Below the pieces are notes generated by a model. The model saw only the letters and a list, made by a program, of their open reading frames with translations. It searched no databases and was not told the origin of the DNA. Shown one piece after another: positions 53,788 through 62,145 of a stretch of DNA of 64,000 nucleotides. A program made the translations under genes and the position numbers. Source of the stretch: an uncultured Gammaproteobacteria bacterium (GTDB lineage Bacteria > Patescibacteriota > Patescibacteriia > Magasanikbacterales > UBA922). Positions within the stretch are counted from its first letter, which is position 1; each line of letters starts with the position of its first letter. The stretch covers positions 38,955 through 102,954 of the forward strand of contig CAYUTO010000002.1 in NCBI GenBank assembly GCA_964447765.1, read 5' to 3'.

Positions 53788-56373
53788 CTAACTTAAGAGA
53801 TACTCATCTTTTTTACGAGTGAGTGTATACGCTTTCTTTTTCTTTTTTGAGAGTATGTCGATTACTAGTTGTTCAATAATTCGCTCGAGCTTTCGTTCGA
53901 TGTTTCGTGCACCCAAATCTTTGTCCCGAGTTTCCCGAGCCAGAGCCTCAAGAGCATCAGTATCGGTGGCAATCGTAATCTGCTGACTCTCATTGAGAGA
54001 ATTACTTAGTTTTGCAATATGCTTCAAGATAATATTGCGCACATCTGCTTCGGTGAGCTGATTGAATACACATACGGCATTGATTCTGCTCATGAGTGCT
54101 GAAGAGAAGCCTTCTTTGAGTTTTCCCATGATTGCTTTTTCGAGCGTGTGCCTCGTTTCAACGGTACTCTTGTGCGTATCTCCAAATCCGATTCCCTGAG
54201 ATTTGTATAACTCAGCTCCGATGTTTGAGGTAAGAATGATAATTGAGTGTGTGAGTTTTACTTTTTTTCCATTGGTATCACTGATTTCTCCTTCATCAAG
54301 AATCTGGAGTAATAATTTCATGACATCAGGATGCGCTTTGTCGATTTCATCAAACAACAATACTGAATATGGTCGTAATTTTAATTTTTCGAGGAATGGG
54401 TTACGGTCTTTGTACCCAATATATCCAGCAGGGGAGCCAAGTAGCTTTGCCGTACTATTTCCTTCTGAAAATTCACCCATGTCGAGACGAATAAAAGCTT
54501 TGGCATCATGGTACAGTGCTTCGGCTAGTTGCTTTGCAAGCTCAGTTTTGCCCACTCCAGATGGCCCGGTGAAGAGAAATGAGGCGTAGGGCTTTTTGGT
54601 ATCTCTAATACCCAGTTCGGCCATTTTGAGGGTTTCTACTACTTCTTCCAATACCTCATCTTGTCCCATGATATGAGTTTTCAGTTTTTCTTTGAGTGTT
54701 TTCAACTGTTCCCATTCATTCTGATTGAGCATGGTCCGGTCAATATGCATTTTTTTACTAAGCACATCGCGCACGTGTTCGACCGTAACAGAAGGGAGAG
54801 TGAGTACCTTCTTTTTTGAAGTTTTTTCGAGAGCATTTTTTGCTCGAGCTAATTTTTTTTCAAGTGCTGTTATTGCATCTTTGATTTTTGCCGCATCTTT
54901 CAATCGTTCTTCGGCAATCGCTTGGTTCTTTTTTTCAATATATTCTTCGAGTTTTTTTTCAAGCGTCTCAAATTTTGCAACAGACACGGGTGTTTTTTGT
55001 TTGGTTTTGACCGAGCTTGCTGCTTCATCAATCAGGTCGAGTGCTTTATCAGGCTGGAAATTATCATGGATATAACGGTTGCTGAGGCGCACTGCTTCCT
55101 CAATTGCATCGTCAAGAATTTGTACCTGGTGGTACCCTTCGTAGTGTTTCTTGACACCAGTAAGAATCGTAAGTACTTCATCACGATTTGGTTCATCCAC
55201 ATCAATTTTCTGGAAACGTCGTTCAAGCGCGGGGTCAGAAGAAATATATTTTTTGTATTCATCATACGTGGTTGCACCAATACAGCGGAGAAGACCTCTG
55301 GCAAGGGCGGGTTTCAGAATATTTGCCGCATCCATCGTACCTTGATTGGATCCCGCACCAATAATATTATGGAGCTCGTCGATAAACAGGATGTAATTTG
55401 GGTTTTTCGCGCATTCATCAATAATTGATTTGAGTCGTGCTTCGAATTCTCCGCGATAAATAGTCCCTGCAACGAGGAGGGTAAGGTCGAGAGAGAGAAT
55501 TTTTTTTCGTTTCAAAATATCTGGAATATCTCCTTCGGCAATTCGTTTTGCAAGACCTTCAACAATCGCTGTTTTTCCAACGCCAGGTTCCCCGACGAGA
55601 ATCGGGTTGTTTTTGTTTCTTCGTGAAAGGATGTTGATCATTCGCTCGATCTCATCTTCGCGACCAATCACTGGGTCAATTTTTTCAGTATGCTGGCGAT
55701 GAGTAAGGTTGGTGGTAAATAGGGCGACTGCCGACGTTTGTTTTCGATCACGAGAGAGTGATGCGGGCATGGTATCTGGTTTTGAGTTTTCTGACGGTTG
55801 TTCTTCGTGTTCGTCTTCTTCGGTTTCTTCCTCATGGGCAGATTCGAGTGGAGTACCTTGAATTTCCTCAAATATTTCCATCACTTCTCCCATCTGGGTA
55901 AATTTTTCCGCGTTATGGAATGAAATATCGAGTTGCGCTTTGAGTTCGCCCACATTTACCGAAAGAGTCCCGAATAATTCTTGTATTTCTTTATTTTTGA
56001 GAGATAGTATTCCAAAAAGTAAATGCTCGGTACCAATATATGAATGTCCTTCCTCGTGTGCGCGAAGGAGTGCTTTTTCGAGTGCGCTTCGGGAAGTGGT
56101 ACTGAGATTAGGGACTGGAGTAGAAACTTTGTCTGAGGTGACGGTATGAGCTTCCTCGAAATGTTCCGTCAAATGATCACTAATAAGCTCGGGTGTAATT
56201 GAGAATTTTTTTAAAAGCTCACTACCAATACTTCCGGTTTCTTCGGTAAGTGCATGCAAAAGGTGAGGCAATTCTACCTGTGATTTCTTCAAGCGTGCAG
56301 CAAGAGAAATCGATCGGGCGATCGTATTTTTTAAATGTGTAGAGAAATTATCAAGAAGTTTTTGTGCGTCCAT
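53788..56373 (-). CDS. clpC: Clp/Hsp100 AAA+ chaperone, ClpC/ClpB-type (two AAA+ modules, Clp_N repeats, short middle coiled-coil)
   Basis: Walker A GEPGVGKTAIVEGLA and GPSGVGKTELAK. Clp_N at the N-terminus. ~60-aa M-domain. 861 aa. Confidence 0.8.
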   Translation of the reverse strand: MDAQKLLDNFSTHLKNTIARSISLAARLKKSQVELPHLLHALTEETGSIGSELLKKFSITPELISDHLTEHFEEAHTVTSDKVSTPVPNLSTTSRSALEKALLRAHEEGHSYIGTEHLLFGILSLKNKEIQELFGTLSVNVGELKAQLDISFHNAEKFTQMGEVMEIFEEIQGTPLESAHEEETEEDEHEEQPSENSKPDTMPASLSRDRKQTSAVALFTTNLTHRQHTEKIDPVIGREDEIERMINILSRRNKNNPILVGEPGVGKTAIVEGLAKRIAEGDIPDILKRKKILSLDLTLLVAGTIYRGEFEARLKSIIDECAKNPNYILFIDELHNIIGAGSNQGTMDAANILKPALARGLLRCIGATTYDEYKKYISSDPALERRFQKIDVDEPNRDEVLTILTGVKKHYEGYHQVQILDDAIEEAVRLSNRYIHDNFQPDKALDLIDEAASSVKTKQKTPVSVAKFETLEKKLEEYIEKKNQAIAEERLKDAAKIKDAITALEKKLARAKNALEKTSKKKVLTLPSVTVEHVRDVLSKKMHIDRTMLNQNEWEQLKTLKEKLKTHIMGQDEVLEEVVETLKMAELGIRDTKKPYASFLFTGPSGVGKTELAKQLAEALYHDAKAFIRLDMGEFSEGNSTAKLLGSPAGYIGYKDRNPFLEKLKLRPYSVLLFDEIDKAHPDVMKLLLQILDEGEISDTNGKKVKLTHSIIILTSNIGAELYKSQGIGFGDTHKSTVETRHTLEKAIMGKLKEGFSSALMSRINAVCVFNQLTEADVRNIILKHIAKLSNSLNESQQITIATDTDALEALARETRDKDLGARNIERKLERIIEQLVIDILSKKKKKAYTLTRKKDEYLLS

Positions 56374-56530
56374 AGGGCATTAGTCAGAAAGTCGAAAGTA
56401 AAATACGCAACTTATTGCGTCTAGTATGGTAGGTAGTATATACTGTTTTTACATCAAAATCAATCAGGATAAAGCCTAAAAGGCTAATGCAACTTAAAAA
56501 GCTCTAAATTAACCAGACAACCAGAAAAAT

Positions 56531-57892
56531 ATGCATCCCAAACACATATTCAAAGCCTACGATATTCGTGGACTCGCTGAATCAGAACTTTCAGAAGAAC
56601 TCGCATGGTCAGTAGGTCATGCATTTGCACATATACTTGAAAAAAACGGAGTAGCATTGTCGGACCGGTCTATCGTAGTTGGTTATGACATGAGACCGAC
56701 GAGCATTCCATTTGCCAAAAAAGTAATTGAAGGAATCCAGGCGCACGGAGTGTCGGTCGTAGATATTGGGCTTACCTCGACTCCAGTATTTAATTTTGCG
56801 TGTGCGCATTACCCGGCTCATGCGGGGGGAATTATGGTGACTGCAAGTCACAATCCTGCAGAATACAATGGGTTCAAACTTACGTATGAAAATGGACTAG
56901 CATTGGGTACCGGAAGCGGGATGGAAGAGCTCCGTGATTTGATTATTTCCAATTATCGAGAAGAAAAACCAGAAAAAGGAGGGTATACAACATATGCGGT
57001 AGTTGATGAATATATTGAATATATTTTGAGCTTAGTGGATACCTCAAAAATTAGACCCATGAAAATCGTGGTCGATGCGGGAAATGGAATGGCAAGTGTC
57101 TCAATTCCAAAATTACTCGAAAAACTTCCAGTCACTGTTGAGTATCTATTTCTCGAACCAGATGGGACATTCCCCAATCATGAAGCAAATCCGCTGAAAG
57201 AGGAAACACTGAGAGATCTGCAAAAGAAAGTAATAGAAAATAACGCAGATTTTGGATTTGCACTCGATGGTGACGCTGATCGTATTGGATTGGTGGATGA
57301 ATTGGGCCAAGTCGTTCCTGCGTCATTTGTTGGTGGGTTGGTAGGGCTTGAAATTTTAAAACTACATCCAGGAGCGCACATGTTCTACGATCTTCGTATG
57401 AGTAGGAGTGTCAAAGAATCATGGGAATCCCATGGGGCAACTACTGAAATATGCAAAGTAGGACATGCGAACATTAAGAAGATGATGAAAGATAAGAAGG
57501 CAGTATTTGCTGCTGAGTTGTCACTTCATTTGTTCTATCAAGATACGCATGATGTAGAATCAACTGATTTTTCATTACTACTCACCCTCCTTATGCTTTC
57601 GACATCGGAGACACCTTTGAGTGCGCTCTGGAAAACACTGGAGAAATATGCACATTCAGGTGAGATTAATTTTCATGTAGAACATACGGATGAGGTGATA
57701 CAAAAAATCACCGAACGTTTTTCAGACGCACAAATCAGTGAACTAGACGGAGTATTATTTGAATATCCGGAGTATTGGATTAGTGTGCGCAAAAGTAATA
57801 CTGAGCCAGTGCTCAGATTGAATGTCGAAGCGCATAATAAACAGAAGATGAATGAAATTGTTGAGGAGATTAGAGGGCTGATTGTACTTTGA
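56531..57892 (+). CDS. Phosphoglucomutase/phosphomannomutase (alpha-D-phosphohexomutase)
   Basis: Active-site TASHNPAEYNGFK. Mg-binding DGDADR. 453 aa. Confidence 0.85.
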   Translation: MHPKHIFKAYDIRGLAESELSEELAWSVGHAFAHILEKNGVALSDRSIVVGYDMRPTSIPFAKKVIEGIQAHGVSVVDIGLTSTPVFNFACAHYPAHAGGIMVTASHNPAEYNGFKLTYENGLALGTGSGMEELRDLIISNYREEKPEKGGYTTYAVVDEYIEYILSLVDTSKIRPMKIVVDAGNGMASVSIPKLLEKLPVTVEYLFLEPDGTFPNHEANPLKEETLRDLQKKVIENNADFGFALDGDADRIGLVDELGQVVPASFVGGLVGLEILKLHPGAHMFYDLRMSRSVKESWESHGATTEICKVGHANIKKMMKDKKAVFAAELSLHLFYQDTHDVESTDFSLLLTLLMLSTSETPLSALWKTLEKYAHSGEINFHVEHTDEVIQKITERFSDAQISELDGVLFEYPEYWISVRKSNTEPVLRLNVEAHNKQKMNEIVEEIRGLIVL

Positions 57893-57934
57893 GATGTGGA
57901 AAATTAAATAAGATTATTTATTGTCATAAAAAAT

Positions 57935-58666
57935 ATGTCTGAAAGAGGTGAGGGGTTTGATAGAAATAATTCTGAAAATGTACACGAAGAATCTGTGAAT
58001 GATATTTTTAACGAGTCGTCTGATAAAGAACCGAGACGTGCTTTGGTTGAAAAATTCCAGGGGTTGTATAGTAAGATTGATCAGCTAAAGTTTAAGGAGG
58101 AAAAAGAAATCGCAATTCAAAATTTTTATACTGCATTAGATACGTGGGCTCGTGAAAATGGAGTAGTATTTTCACCATTTGAAGGCGCAGAAAGCCCCCT
58201 CCTGAATAAAGGTGATATAGTGAGGCGTGATAATCCTGAGAGAGTGCTAGCACTACTTACAGGGCAGGAACCGATTCATATACAGCCACTGAACGAAGGA
58301 GACGCTAATGTGGCAACAGATGCGTATGAAGGTCTTAATCTTGCACTTACTGAAGGGTTCCATGGAAAAAATGTTGTCTCCATATACGGATTTCATCCAA
58401 ATAAAGATGCAAAGGTTGTTCAGGTGAAAAAACCCTCAGAAGATATGCGAGATCCAAAACGATTTCACTATATACGTTCATTTTCTGGAGAGGTGAATCC
58501 AGAAGATATTAGATTTGTGTTATTTCGGTTTCCGAGTGTTGGAGTTCCAGAAAGTGCATTGACTGAGTCAGAAGAAGAAAAACTAGAAGATGATATACCT
58601 TTGCGATATATATATCGGTCAATTTCCTTTCCAAAAGGAATTAACGGTCAACAAAAAACTCAATAA
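57935..58666 (+). CDS. Hypothetical acidic protein
   Basis: ORF track 243 aa. No recognisable motif. Confidence 0.45.
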   Translation: MSERGEGFDRNNSENVHEESVNDIFNESSDKEPRRALVEKFQGLYSKIDQLKFKEEKEIAIQNFYTALDTWARENGVVFSPFEGAESPLLNKGDIVRRDNPERVLALLTGQEPIHIQPLNEGDANVATDAYEGLNLALTEGFHGKNVVSIYGFHPNKDAKVVQVKKPSEDMRDPKRFHYIRSFSGEVNPEDIRFVLFRFPSVGVPESALTESEEEKLEDDIPLRYIYRSISFPKGINGQQKTQ

Positions 58667-58671
58667 AAACA

Positions 58672-58702
58672 GAAAGGCGTTTCCCCGAAAGGAAACGCCG
58701 TG
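58672..58702 (-). terminator. Terminator of the island-E operon (perfect 9-bp stem; U-run on the minus strand)
   Basis: ggcgtttcc-ccgaaa-ggaaacgcc, preceded on the plus strand by aaaaacagaaa. Confidence 0.65.
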
Positions 58703-58706
58703 TGGT

Positions 58707-58964
58707 CTACGGAGCAGATCGGACTAAGCCGACAAACTCTATAAACGGCAAGTGGTCGCAAGTGATCAAGTCCTGTTCGGACTCGGTCAGCTCGACAAAC
58801 CGCTTTGCAAGTACAGTGTCTAAGGTCATCTGAATTCGCTGATGCATTCGCACCCAGATCGCTCGGAGTGCTATTACGTCAGTCGAATCCGGCAAGAAAA
58901 TCGTCTCGGCCAATGCCTCGGAGATGATTGTCTGCCAAACGCTTTCTTCGCTAGAGTTACTCAT
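58707..58964 (-). CDS. Hypothetical small protein co-transcribed with the TraR/DksA-like gene (island E)
   Basis: MSNSSEESVWQTIISEALAETIFLPDS... AGGAGagagcatc-ATG SD. The ORF track extends it to 59078 in another frame, overlapping the zinc-finger gene. Confidence 0.4.
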   Translation of the reverse strand: MSNSSEESVWQTIISEALAETIFLPDSTDVIALRAIWVRMHQRIQMTLDTVLAKRFVELTESEQDLITCDHLPFIEFVGLVRSAP

Positions 58965-59269
58965 GATGCTCTCTCCTGGTCGGACTTTTCCAAATCGGAA
59001 AGGCATGAGACACAGAAACGAGTCTCCGGACGGTGCATCAATCTCTTGAATGAGATCGCTTCGTCGCACCGCTCGCAAACGCCGATGGTCCCGAATTCGA
59101 GCCGCTTCAAGGCGGCCTCCACTTCCGGGATCTCAATCGTCGTCTTGTGGGTACGGAGCTGCTCCAGCATGCTGGTGTCTCTTAAGGAGACCCAAACAGC
59201 CATAAGCTTGTCGCTTAGGCGGTTCTTGAGCTTCTGGAGCTCGACTTCGGTCATGATGTGCGTGGACAA
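58961..59269 (-). CDS. TraR/DksA family C4-type zinc-finger protein
   Basis: CERC-x17-CVSC spacing (CERCDEAISFKRLMHRPETRFCVSCL). AGAGGTGA SD. 102 aa. About 52% GC versus ~40% in the flanks. Confidence 0.65.
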   Translation of the reverse strand: MSTHIMTEVELQKLKNRLSDKLMAVWVSLRDTSMLEQLRTHKTTIEIPEVEAALKRLEFGTIGVCERCDEAISFKRLMHRPETRFCVSCLSDLEKSDQERAS

Positions 59270-59313
59270 AATTCACCTCTTTCGTGTAAAGGAACAAGTT
59301 AAGACAACAAAAG

Positions 59314-59349
59314 AATATATCATAAAATGACTATATTGTCAATAGTCAT
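59314..59349 (-). promoter_or_regulatory. Consensus promoter TTGACA-17-TATATT whose -35 lies in the centre of a 23-bp palindrome (atgactatattgtcaatagtcat). Promoter plus operator of the TraR/DksA-like gene.
   Basis: Read directly: palindrome 59327-59349; on the minus strand TTGACA at 59342-59337 and TATATT at 59319-59314. Confidence 0.6.
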
Positions 59350-59390
59350 TCTAAGAGAGGGGGAGGTTGGTTGAGGAAATGAGGGGGAGG

Positions 59391-60266
59391 TTATGCTATA
59401 TTCTCTCTTAATCGCTTAACCCGCTCTTCAATCGGCGGATGAGTGGAGAATGCCGACGCAAACATTTTGCCTTTAAATGGGTTTGAAATAAACAAATGCG
59501 CAGTTGCGGAGTTTGCAGTTTTCAAGGGTACATTTGATTGCTGAATTTTTTCAAGGGCTTTTGCTAGTCCTTCGGGGTATCTGGTCATGAGAGCCCCAGA
59601 CGCATCAGCGAGATATTCGCGTTTGCGTGATACTGCAAGCTTGATGAGCTCAGCAATAATCGGGGAGAGGATGAGTAATACAATTCCAACGATTGCAAGA
59701 ACTCCACCGGCTTTGCTATCAGAATCACGTTTGCCAAAAAGTCCAAATCGGAAAAACATATCAGCAAGAAGTGATACTGCTCCGACCAGTACAATGACGA
59801 TGGTCATGACACGAATATCATAATTTTTTACGTGTGATAATTCATGTGCCAGTACTCCTTCGAGCTCTTCGTTTTCAAGAGCCTCGATCAATCCGGTGGT
59901 GACTGCAATTGAAGCGTGTTCAGGATCTCGTCCAGTCGCAAAGGCATTTAAGGCAGGAGAATCAATAATGTGTACACGTGGCGTAGGCATACCATTTGCA
60001 ATCGCGAGGTTTTCTATCATGCGATACACATAGGGATTATCTTCTTTTTTAATTTCCTTGGCACCTGTCGATCGGAGTGCTATTGCATCGCCTTTGTAAT
60101 ACGACACCAGGGTCATGACGATCGAGATGATGAGTGCGAGAAAAACTGATTCATATCCGAGACCAAGATAACTTGCGCCAAGCCAGCCAAGACCAATGAT
60201 GAACGCACAAAAAATTGCGATAAGCATTCTCGTTTTTCGTTTGTTGGAATCAATCTGACTATACAT
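59391..60266 (-). CDS. htpX: Zinc metalloprotease HtpX (peptidase M48)
   Basis: HELSHVKNYD HExxH motif. Four TM helices. 291 aa. Confidence 0.9.
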   Translation of the reverse strand: MYSQIDSNKRKTRMLIAIFCAFIIGLGWLGASYLGLGYESVFLALIISIVMTLVSYYKGDAIALRSTGAKEIKKEDNPYVYRMIENLAIANGMPTPRVHIIDSPALNAFATGRDPEHASIAVTTGLIEALENEELEGVLAHELSHVKNYDIRVMTIVIVLVGAVSLLADMFFRFGLFGKRDSDSKAGGVLAIVGIVLLILSPIIAELIKLAVSRKREYLADASGALMTRYPEGLAKALEKIQQSNVPLKTANSATAHLFISNPFKGKMFASAFSTHPPIEERVKRLRENIA

Positions 60267-60273
60267 AGTTTCT

Positions 60274-60837
60274 TTAGAACGCTACTTTAACATTTTCACG
60301 CTCAGCAGCATCTTCGATTTCGAAGTATTCAAACTTAGTGAATTTCAATTGTCCTGCAATCATGTTGTTTGGGAATGATTCAATTTTGGTATTGAAATCA
60401 CGTACCATGGTGTTGTAGAAGCGTCGTGATGCCTGGATTTTGTTTTCAGTGTCTGACAATTCGTCCATCAATTGTGCAACATTCGTGTTTGCCTTGAGAT
60501 CTGGATATGCTTCGAAAGCGACTTGTAATTTGCCGAGACTACTTCCGAGCATGCTTTCAGCTGAGGCAAGAGCCTGAGTATCACCACTACTTTGTGCAGA
60601 CATTGCTGCTGTTCGATACTTCGTTACATTTTCGAGGATTTCACGCTCATGAGTCATGAATCCTTTGACACTGGCGATTAAGTTTGGGATCAGATCATGG
60701 CGGCGTTTGAGCTGGACATCAATATCGCTCCATCCTTCTTGGGTACGATTGCGGAGGCGGATAAGGGCATTGTAGAGAAACACGACCCAGAGCACAATTA
60801 CTCCTACTACTATTAATACAATGAAAAGTGGTGACAT
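60274..60837 (-). CDS. lemA: LemA family protein
   Basis: N-terminal TM then LemA domain (YNALIRLRNRTQEGWSDIDVQLKRRHDLIPNL). Confidence 0.85.
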   Translation of the reverse strand: MSPLFIVLIVVGVIVLWVVFLYNALIRLRNRTQEGWSDIDVQLKRRHDLIPNLIASVKGFMTHEREILENVTKYRTAAMSAQSSGDTQALASAESMLGSSLGKLQVAFEAYPDLKANTNVAQLMDELSDTENKIQASRRFYNTMVRDFNTKIESFPNNMIAGQLKFTKFEYFEIEDAAERENVKVAF

Positions 60838-60969
60838 AGACTTGAGACTAAGATTAAATAATTTAAATAAAACTGTCTATTGAAAAAAACTATTATCTAT
60901 GGAATACTTGAGGCTATTACAATTAGATTGTAGAGAAAATATAACTTTTGGTCAATACTAAGCGAAATT

Positions 60970-62139
60970 ATGGTTACTATCCTTTTGTTTATTGTCATCC
61001 TCGGTATTTTGGTAGTTGTACATGAATGGGGTCATTATTACACGGCAAAAAAATTCGGTATTAAAGTCCATGAGTTTGGATTTGGCTATCCACCACGCGC
61101 GTTCGGGTGGTATCGGGATCCGAAGACGAAAAAGCTCGTGTGGATCTGGGGAAAGGGAAAGAGTAGTCTCAAAGAGACCGTATCTGGTAACGAACAAAAT
61201 GCTGAATTTCCTGGAATGCTCTGGAGTATTAATTGGCTTCCGCTTGGTGGATTTGTACGAATCAAAGGTGAGAATGGTGAACGTGCTAAGGAAGCAGACA
61301 GTTTTGGGTACCATAAAGCATGGAAACGAATTACGGTTCTTGCTGCTGGGGTTATCATGAATTTTATCCTTGCTGCAGTCGTCCTTTCCTTTGGTTTTAT
61401 GATCGGACTTCCAACTGATTTATCCCAAGGGATAGATAAACATGCTGAAATCGTTGAAGCTCCAAGTGTCATTGTAGAGTCAGTGGAAGAAGGCTTGCCC
61501 GCTGATCTAGCAGGTATGGTATTTGGAGATAAGATTACCTCAGTTGATGGTGTTCTTGTGGCTGGAGCAAACGACCTAATTGAATATATCAAGACACATG
61601 GGGACAATGAAGTCACGGTACATATCGTCCGGGGACAAGAAGAACTTGATATAAAACTTAAGCCTACTGTAACAGACGGCAGTACGGCGCCTCGGCTTGG
61701 AATTGCAATTGCTGAAGCCGGAATTATTAGGTACCCATGGTATATTGCACTCTATAAAGGATTTGTTGCAGCAGGAATTGGTCTGGTAACTATATTTGTC
61801 TCATTTTATTATCTCATTGGAAGTCTAGTTACTGGACAGGGTCTCATGTTTGATATCGCAGGTCCTGTCGGAATCGCACAGATTGTAGGACAGAGTGCAA
61901 AACTTGGTTTCCATTATGTATTAAATGTAGTCGCCATGCTCTCGCTTAGTCTCGCGGCAATTAATATTCTGCCCATTCCAGCGCTTGATGGGGGGCGTAT
62001 CTTGTTTATCCTCATTGAAAAAATCATTGGTCGACCAGTATCTATGAAATACGAGCAAATTGCTCATACGATTGGGTTTGTATTGCTTATGGCGCTCGTC
62101 GTGGTCGTTACTTGGAGAGATATCGCGAAATTATTCTAA
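60970..62139 (+). CDS. rseP: RIP site-2 zinc metalloprotease RseP
   Basis: HEWGHYYTAKKFG HExxH in TM1. PDZ domain. C-terminal LDGG motif. 389 aa. Confidence 0.85.
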   Translation: MVTILLFIVILGILVVVHEWGHYYTAKKFGIKVHEFGFGYPPRAFGWYRDPKTKKLVWIWGKGKSSLKETVSGNEQNAEFPGMLWSINWLPLGGFVRIKGENGERAKEADSFGYHKAWKRITVLAAGVIMNFILAAVVLSFGFMIGLPTDLSQGIDKHAEIVEAPSVIVESVEEGLPADLAGMVFGDKITSVDGVLVAGANDLIEYIKTHGDNEVTVHIVRGQEELDIKLKPTVTDGSTAPRLGIAIAEAGIIRYPWYIALYKGFVAAGIGLVTIFVSFYYLIGSLVTGQGLMFDIAGPVGIAQIVGQSAKLGFHYVLNVVAMLSLSLAAINILPIPALDGGRILFILIEKIIGRPVSMKYEQIAHTIGFVLLMALVVVVTWRDIAKLF

Positions 62140-62145
62140 TCAGGT

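Noticed and set aside
56381-56400. CtsR-box-like direct repeats AGTCAGAA/AGTCGAAA at the clpC start
   Set aside because: Heptad sequence and spacing (8 rather than 7+3) do not match GGTCAAA-NAN-GGTCAAA. Kept only as a possible lineage-specific motif, not as a CtsR site.
59357-59392. Direct repeats gagggggaggtt x2 at the htpX stop
   Set aside because: Only two copies. Most likely part of the htpX 3' end or terminator context. Mentioned under the TraR finding rather than as a separate element.
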